The notes under the pieces were generated by a model. That model did not search any database, was not told the origin of the DNA, and worked only from the letters and a program-made list of their open reading frames with translations. The position numbers were made by a program, and so were the translations under genes. This document shows positions 58,620 through 64,000 of a stretch of 64,000 bases of DNA, piece after piece. The stretch's first letter is position 1. Every line of letters begins with the position of its first letter. The stretch is taken from the IMG/VR virus record IMGVR_UViG_3300028920_000057, positions 1 through 64,000 of that record; one strand, written 5' to 3'. Source of the stretch: a virus.

Positions 58620-59654
58620 TTACTGAATATCCACTTTTTTGTTGTTATGGGCAAAGAGCACTTGCTCGTAATTCCCATTTCCTTGCATAAATGCAATCTT
58701 CAGTTCTTTTAGTAGAACATCTTCAGTCGAGTATAACTCTTCTGTTCTTACGCCATAAACACAGGTAGTTCCAACAATGTCATTGCGCCAGCGAGTGACA
58801 TTATATTCTGGTCCCTGCTGTAGAAACAATACGTCAACAACGCCATTCTCTTTGAAGATATTTCTATAACGCCTCATGAACGTGCGGAACCAGCGTGCCA
58901 GCCGTGATGTCGCCTCGTTCGTAGGTGTCCAGCATTGAAAATATACTTCAGAATCAAAATGTTGACCAAATACTGTTTCCATCTTATTTGTTAACGGATT
59001 CGCTCTTTCTTCTCTTCTCTGGGGCACGAGTTGTTTAACGCCACTTCTAAAAAACTCTCGGCCTCCAGGCGAGTAATCGTGAACCTTATAACAAATATGA
59101 TCCATAAAAGCTTCGGTAGCGTTCCGCTGTATTTCTTCTTCAGTATAATATCTATTGATATCATCAGAAGCCGGATATGCATGTAAAAACTTTACATGCT
59201 TCGCATTATCGAAGTCTAAGCGTAATACATCTGTTCCATGTACCGGCGCCGTCGCACCACTGTGAGCCTCGAGTGTCACAGAATGCTCATCTACATCGGA
59301 ATGAACCTGGCCAATAGTATAAACCGCATTGGTTGTCAGATTCAATACTTTATCTCCCTCTTCCAGATAGCGAGCAAAGGGAAATCTAATCATAAAGCGA
59401 TTTGATTCGCTTATTGATTGCCAGTAAGATTGATATCCCTTTAATCCCAAGTCTACCATATCGAGGAAATCCTCGATTACGCAGTCCCGTCGTGCCAGCG
59501 ATCGCTCTTCTGCGCTGGGAGGTAACATTTCCAAGTCTGGATGGAGCAAATAAGCACTATTCTCATAGTTGTTCCGGTGTTGAACAGGCTTAAGTCCCGG
59601 AAGTTTTTCCTTATGCTCTCCAAACGTTCTTTTATCTACTTTCGCTTTACTCAT
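58620..59654 (-). CDS. Tail terminator / tail completion protein
   Basis: Directly upstream of the sheath; GQHFDSEVYFQCWTPTNEATSRLARWF resembles the terminator-fold motif. Confidence 0.55.
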   Translation of the reverse strand: MSKAKVDKRTFGEHKEKLPGLKPVQHRNNYENSAYLLHPDLEMLPPSAEERSLARRDCVIEDFLDMVDLGLKGYQSYWQSISESNRFMIRFPFARYLEEGDKVLNLTTNAVYTIGQVHSDVDEHSVTLEAHSGATAPVHGTDVLRLDFDNAKHVKFLHAYPASDDINRYYTEEEIQRNATEAFMDHICYKVHDYSPGGREFFRSGVKQLVPQRREERANPLTNKMETVFGQHFDSEVYFQCWTPTNEATSRLARWFRTFMRRYRNIFKENGVVDVLFLQQGPEYNVTRWRNDIVGTTCVYGVRTEELYSTEDVLLKELKIAFMQGNGNYEQVLFAHNNKKVDIQ

Positions 59655-59928
59655 TTAGCAAATTCTTAGTAGCGTTTGTTATGATTGACCTAATATCCTT
59701 AATTGTATCCGCATAGTGTCTAGCGTCAACCTTGAGGTTATTGGCCAGGTATTTGAGCTCTATTTCTCTATAGTCTTTATAGGAAAAGACAAAAACGACG
59801 CGAACTCCTCTTGGATTAGCATCCTTCGGAGGCGTCTTTTCTATTCTGAGAGGCTCAAGTCCGCTCGTGATACATGCGGCGACTTTTTCAATATCGCCAA
59901 CCCTGATTTCTCCCTTGTTCTTGGCCAT
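59647..59928 (-). CDS. Small DUF5659-like protein
   Basis: D...VAA....G......EK......VVFVF.........Y....L.VD...Y...IK.IRS.I pattern recalled for this family. Confidence 0.55.
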   Translation of the reverse strand: MAKNKGEIRVGDIEKVAACITSGLEPLRIEKTPPKDANPRGVRVVFVFSYKDYREIELKYLANNLKVDARHYADTIKDIRSIITNATKNLLNE

Positions 59929-61955
59929 TAGCTAAAATATTCCGTATATTGTGGTAATTGATAATATCGGCTGGCTCCCTTAATTGTCGGGAACTGCCAT
60001 CCCTGTTTTGTTGATAGATATGTATAGGTACGAGTCCTGAAATTGGGCTTTGTCGTTCTGTGCATACTTCCTTTGATTGCAACCACAAATTGTACCCCTG
60101 TACCGCATAGTACCTTAAGTGCCCGTCGTGCACTTGCGACTTCATCGACAATGCCGTCTTCTTTAGGATTGCGCTTAGTGTTCGAGGCCCTGGCTCCTAC
60201 TCTGACGTTATAATCTCCAAGTCGTTTCGAAACCCCTCTCGAGACCGCCGTATCAATATAGGTCAAATCATAGAAATCAAGCAAGGTTTTCTTATATGCA
60301 TATGTGATAGCATCTTCCGGCGGTTCACATAGGTCATATGACATACAGGCTAATTTCCAGGCTTCTATAGAATTCTTCAGAATCATCCTGAGAATCTTCT
60401 CGTCAGAATGTTTATAATTCAGCCCTTCAAGTTCAAGGCGGATAAGATCAATATCAGAATAGATAGGGAACAAACCGGTCATAAACCATTTATGAAGTTC
60501 ATTATCCGTAGTCCAGACCATAACGGCGCCATTATCGTCCGCCTGTGACCTCAAGCCAGATTTGATGTAGATGTTAACATCTGTATTCAACGTAGGACCT
60601 TCATATGTGACAGTAATGCTCGACGAACTCGACACTTCTGGTTCTGAAGATTCACTATCGCTCGAACTTGAAGACTCAGGAGTAGGAGTCTCTCCGTCTT
60701 CTGCGGAGGAAGAAGTATCTTCAGTAGACGAAGTAGATATAGACGACGTTGACTCAGAGCTGGAGGAAGATTCTTCTTCAGCCTCTTCTTCTCTTGGATC
60801 TGTGTTGGAAATATAATATCCCCATGCCGTGCCTTGAACCTCTTGTGTGTCATCGCACCCAGCGATAATGGTTACAGAAAAGTTCTGGTTTGGCGTAATG
60901 GCTATTTCTTCGACTACATAATTGTCATTCGTACTAATACAACCACTATCAAATAAGGTTTGGCCAAGTTGATGAACGATAAATTGATCTTTCACCTTGA
61001 ACGAACGATACTTCAAATAGGCAGTTTCAGAAGCTCCAAAGTTGTATTCTCTTGTTTCTTCTCCTACAACGCCTTCTCTGTAGATGTTGTATTCAGTAAC
61101 TGTCGTAGTTTCGGTAGGGCCAGAAGGTAAAGAGGATGAAGATGAAGACGAACTGGATGCCTCTTCATATTGCTGGGCCTCCCAGTCTGCGAGCGTCCCC
61201 GGATAAGTAATAAGGACGTCATTCCCTTGAATATAATAATTAACATCAGGAAATAACTTGTCGTTTCTATTATCCAGACAAAATGCCGACGTTCCTTCTG
61301 CTGCATAAGAATCTTCAAAGTCTTCTACATCATAGACCATTGCCCTGATATCTACCATAGGCTTATGCTCTAATATGATATATTCTCTGGCAGAAGCCAG
61401 ATCTACTGGACGATTGAAGGTTAATCGAATACCATTCTCGGCTATAAACGCAGGAGAAACAAGCATCTCGCCATGCGCAGGTTCCATATCTACAAATTCT
61501 AAAGGAATCGTCTCTACTGCGATAGGTTGGTCGTCAATGACAACATAGACAGTCTCTGTCTCTTGAGGCGCATTTTCTCTAGGACTTGACGCAACAACCG
61601 CAGAAGGAGCCCTGACACCAGTAGTAAATAAAATAGTTTGTGTTTGTAGAACGGAATTGCCGTCTGTGTCTTTAACCTCTCCTACAAACTGGCTGAGATC
61701 TTTACCTGAAATAATGATCTTATAACCTGTTTGTTCATTGAGAGATAATGCAGGAAGAACCTTTACCACGTTGCCAGAAGTAACATAGCTTGCACGAACT
61801 GGTGTAGAAGTATCACGATTCAATAGCGCTATAGTGCCGCTATTAACAGAGGCTGAATCAATATCCTTATTAAAAGTTAGCGTAATAGTGTTTTCTATCT
61901 GAAAGTTGTTGTCTCCACTCGTAGGGGAACTTCTAACAAGAATAGGAGTTGACAT
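59928..61955 (-). CDS. Head-tail adaptor-like protein fused to Ig-like (Big_5/SbsA-type) domains with Ser-rich linkers
   Basis: N-terminal SSP..G.......ITLTFNKDID.ASV...P...L...T.YKI.I and a second IRLTFNRPVD unit. C-terminal PIYSDIDLIR...SKRLGDYNV resembles gp6/gp15-type adaptors. Confidence 0.65.
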   Translation of the reverse strand: MSTPILVRSSPTSGDNNFQIENTITLTFNKDIDSASVNSGTIALLNRDTSTPVRASYVTSGNVVKVLPALSLNEQTGYKIIISGKDLSQFVGEVKDTDGNSVLQTQTILFTTGVRAPSAVVASSPRENAPQETETVYVVIDDQPIAVETIPLEFVDMEPAHGEMLVSPAFIAENGIRLTFNRPVDLASAREYIILEHKPMVDIRAMVYDVEDFEDSYAAEGTSAFCLDNRNDKLFPDVNYYIQGNDVLITYPGTLADWEAQQYEEASSSSSSSSSLPSGPTETTTVTEYNIYREGVVGEETREYNFGASETAYLKYRSFKVKDQFIVHQLGQTLFDSGCISTNDNYVVEEIAITPNQNFSVTIIAGCDDTQEVQGTAWGYYISNTDPREEEAEEESSSSSESTSSISTSSTEDTSSSAEDGETPTPESSSSSDSESSEPEVSSSSSITVTYEGPTLNTDVNIYIKSGLRSQADDNGAVMVWTTDNELHKWFMTGLFPIYSDIDLIRLELEGLNYKHSDEKILRMILKNSIEAWKLACMSYDLCEPPEDAITYAYKKTLLDFYDLTYIDTAVSRGVSKRLGDYNVRVGARASNTKRNPKEDGIVDEVASARRALKVLCGTGVQFVVAIKGSMHRTTKPNFRTRTYTYLSTKQGWQFPTIKGASRYYQLPQYTEYFS

Positions 61956-62221
61956 TAAAGTGCCTCCATAATTTCTTTCTTCTCTGCTTCTGTTCTGTTG
62001 TCTCGTTCTTCCATCGCCCTTTGACGCCTTGCTACCTCTTCTTCATCTGTTATCTCGATCTTTACAATGCCATCTTTATTGGTGACTTCAACATGAGCTT
62101 CTTCAGATTCTGTGATAGGCGAGATTGAGCCCCAATTGCGTCTCGGGTCATTCTTTGGCACTTCTTCTTGAGGTTGTGGGCTGCGGTGGTCACTAAGATT
62201 AATAACATTTGTCGGTTGCAT
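61955..62221 (-). CDS. Hypothetical acidic protein (88 aa)
   Basis: GAGGGG SD upstream; TAATG coupling to the adaptor gene. Confidence 0.6.
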   Translation of the reverse strand: MQPTNVINLSDHRSPQPQEEVPKNDPRRNWGSISPITESEEAHVEVTNKDGIVKIEITDEEEVARRQRAMEERDNRTEAEKKEIMEAL

Positions 62222-62241
62222 AATATGCCCCTCTTTATATG

Positions 62242-62269
62242 AAAAAACCCCTGGCCGAAACCAGGGGTT
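62242..62269 (-). terminator. Rho-independent terminator after the major capsid gene
   Basis: Minus strand AACCCCTGG-TTTCGG-CCAGGGG followed by TTTTTT. Confidence 0.9.
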
Positions 62270-62293
62270 CTTAATATCGCACTACATAGTGGA

Positions 62294-63688
62294 TTAGGTA
62301 GCGCTGGAACTGGAGCTGTCTTCAATTCCCGCAGAAATTGTCGGCAGTTCACCGTTTGAGATGTCCCAGGTAACCTTATCTTCCATGAAGTAGGCTTGGT
62401 CGATTGCGATGTTCTTAAGAACACGCGCAGCTTTACCCTGGTTAACGTTAATCATGGAGTACCGTTCCCGGAACTTCATTTTATAAACGTCAACCCGAGG
62501 ATCGTTCCAGTCTTCAGTGTAGAGGTCTTCGTCGACGACGAGCAAACCTGCCTGATCGGCCTGAAGCAGAACGATGTCGGTGACCCACTTGCTCAGAGTG
62601 GTGTTCCAGGTTACAGGAGCATAAGGCGTAACAACAATGTTGAAGCCTAAGCCACCATAGCCAGGTACCTGGAATGCGAACGTTGCATTGGCGGCTCCGC
62701 CAACTGAAGTACCGGAAGTGGCACCCAGTGCGACAGATTGACCAACGTTCTGTCCGTAAGGTACGTTAACACCAAGCTGAGGAGCATAGACGGATCCACC
62801 CGTAGGAGGAGTCCAGAATGCGCCACCTTGACCACGGAAGAACTGTTCCCGAAGGATCGGATCTTTCGCGAAGATTGTCCATGCAAGCGGATGACAGACA
62901 AGCGTGTTGAGGTGCCAGCCTTCTTGCAGGGCGTCAATGTAAGCGTCAACCAGATCGTCAACGATAAGGGTCCAGTTACCATTACCATTGATATCACGAC
63001 CTTTGGACCGGCGAGCGCCGGAGGCAATGTTGTCGATATAGGTAGAACCCAGGTTGAAGATAAGGTCGGAAGCTTTCTTTTCTTTATGACGAATCAGAGC
63101 CTGACGCGCCTGACGGGCATGCAGGTTAACGACGTCAAATGCGGAATAACGGATAGCTTCTTCAGTGAAGTTTACCGCGATACCGACTTTCCCGATCGTG
63201 GCGGTTACTGAACCGCTGTAATCGAGAGCCAGTTCGGGGTATTCTTCGCCTTCTGCCATATCGAGCTCGAGGTTACCGGCTGCGCCTACGGCGGGGAAGG
63301 TGATTGAAGTACCGTTTTGGAATCTTACTTGCGTAAGCATCCGAGTAAGCGGGTTGTCCTGCGGAAGAGGTTCCCGAACCACGTTGGCGACAACGTGAGG
63401 AATCAGGTTCCGGTATTCAGCAGATGTGACAGCATCGCTCGTTTTGCTGGCTAATTCGACTGATTTGTCAATCAGATCTGGAAGCTCAACATGCTTGTCA
63501 AGCTCACGGTGGTAACCGTTATCTTTCCAGATTTGAGTCCACAGAGCAAGGCGGTCCCGAACTTCCTGTTTTTCAGTCTTCGGTTTAGCTTTGTCGTCTG
63601 CTTTTTCGATCTGGCCTTTGACAACAGCGTGCAGTTCTTCCATAACCTTATCAACTACAGCCATAGCATCTTTTTTTACATTATCCAT
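62294..63688 (-). CDS. Major capsid protein (HK97 fold)
   Basis: AEGEEYPE......ATIGKVGIAVNFTEEAIRYS.FDVV.......QAL.RHKE and LVCHPLAW motifs; GGAGG SD; followed by a terminator; ends IEDSSSSSAT. Confidence 0.9.
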   Translation of the reverse strand: MDNVKKDAMAVVDKVMEELHAVVKGQIEKADDKAKPKTEKQEVRDRLALWTQIWKDNGYHRELDKHVELPDLIDKSVELASKTSDAVTSAEYRNLIPHVVANVVREPLPQDNPLTRMLTQVRFQNGTSITFPAVGAAGNLELDMAEGEEYPELALDYSGSVTATIGKVGIAVNFTEEAIRYSAFDVVNLHARQARQALIRHKEKKASDLIFNLGSTYIDNIASGARRSKGRDINGNGNWTLIVDDLVDAYIDALQEGWHLNTLVCHPLAWTIFAKDPILREQFFRGQGGAFWTPPTGGSVYAPQLGVNVPYGQNVGQSVALGATSGTSVGGAANATFAFQVPGYGGLGFNIVVTPYAPVTWNTTLSKWVTDIVLLQADQAGLLVVDEDLYTEDWNDPRVDVYKMKFRERYSMINVNQGKAARVLKNIAIDQAYFMEDKVTWDISNGELPTISAGIEDSSSSSAT

Positions 63689-63702
63689 GTTTAGACCTCC
63701 GT

Positions 63703-64000
63703 TTACACGTTAACGTTGATAAGGACTCGCCATTTCGAAGACTCATTACCCGCAGCGGTATTAGACGCATGCGTTTGGGTAGTGGCGCCAAGGAAATGGG
63801 CCGGCAGACCTGCGCCTGCTGGAGAGTCGATTGTGCCATACAGATTCAGACCAGGGGCTCCCTGAATCCGATCCATACCATCAAGACCGTCGGTAATCTT
63901 GCCAACTTTGTAGCATTTACCGAAAGTGTTTTCCATGGTGATTTTGATTGACGCAACGTCAGCAAAGTCGGCAGCTACGGCCGGTCTCCAATAACCAGGA
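63703..64000 (-). CDS. C-terminal part of a head protein upstream of MCP (decoration/structural; partial)
   Basis: The frame of the listed 77-aa ORF stays open to the window edge (PGYWRPAVAADFADVASIKITMENTFGK...), so the listed ATG is internal. Confidence 0.6.
   Translation of the reverse strand, partial: PGYWRPAVAADFADVASIKITMENTFGKCYKVGKITDGLDGMDRIQGAPGLNLYGTIDSPAGAGLPAHFLGATTQTHASNTAAGNESSKWRVLINVNV

Noticed and set aside
62062-62424. 120-aa ORF spanning the MCP end and the next gene
   Set aside because: Crosses a strong terminator and overlaps two better-supported genes out of frame.
1-64000. Stop-codon reassignment as seen in some large phages
   Set aside because: Genes tile the strand almost without gaps in the standard code, and TAG, TAA and TGA all end genes right before the next start.

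Overview
The whole window is one minus-strand virion morphogenesis operon of a large contractile-tailed (myovirus-like, probably jumbo) phage. Genes are dense, often coupled by TAATG overlaps, and read in the standard genetic code. In transcription order (high to low coordinates) it encodes: a partial head protein; an HK97-type major capsid protein with a terminator; an Ig-fused head-tail adaptor; a DUF5659-like protein; a tail terminator; the tail sheath; the tail tube with a terminator; two tube paralogues; two paralogous tail chaperones; two giant tape-measure-locus proteins; a 2801-aa Dit/hub protein; gp25-like and J-like baseplate proteins; and ~30 kb of baseplate, fibre and receptor-binding genes. 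That last block includes a displaced Zn-finger neck protein, a candidate unimolecular spanin and a collagen fibre running off the left edge, which the ORF track misses. Three things stand out. (1) At least 12 outward-facing virion proteins carry poly-serine or Ser/Glu tracts written with mixed TCN/AGY codons, while the giant internal proteins have none; this suggests a virion-wide post-translational coating system. (2) The 1857-aa tape-measure-locus protein has a two-barrel RNA polymerase catalytic signature (R-W-P...GDFDFD), making it a candidate injected virion RNAP. (3) The hub protein contains an apparently intact SNase-family nuclease domain. All product calls come from motif recognition and synteny by eye, not database searches.
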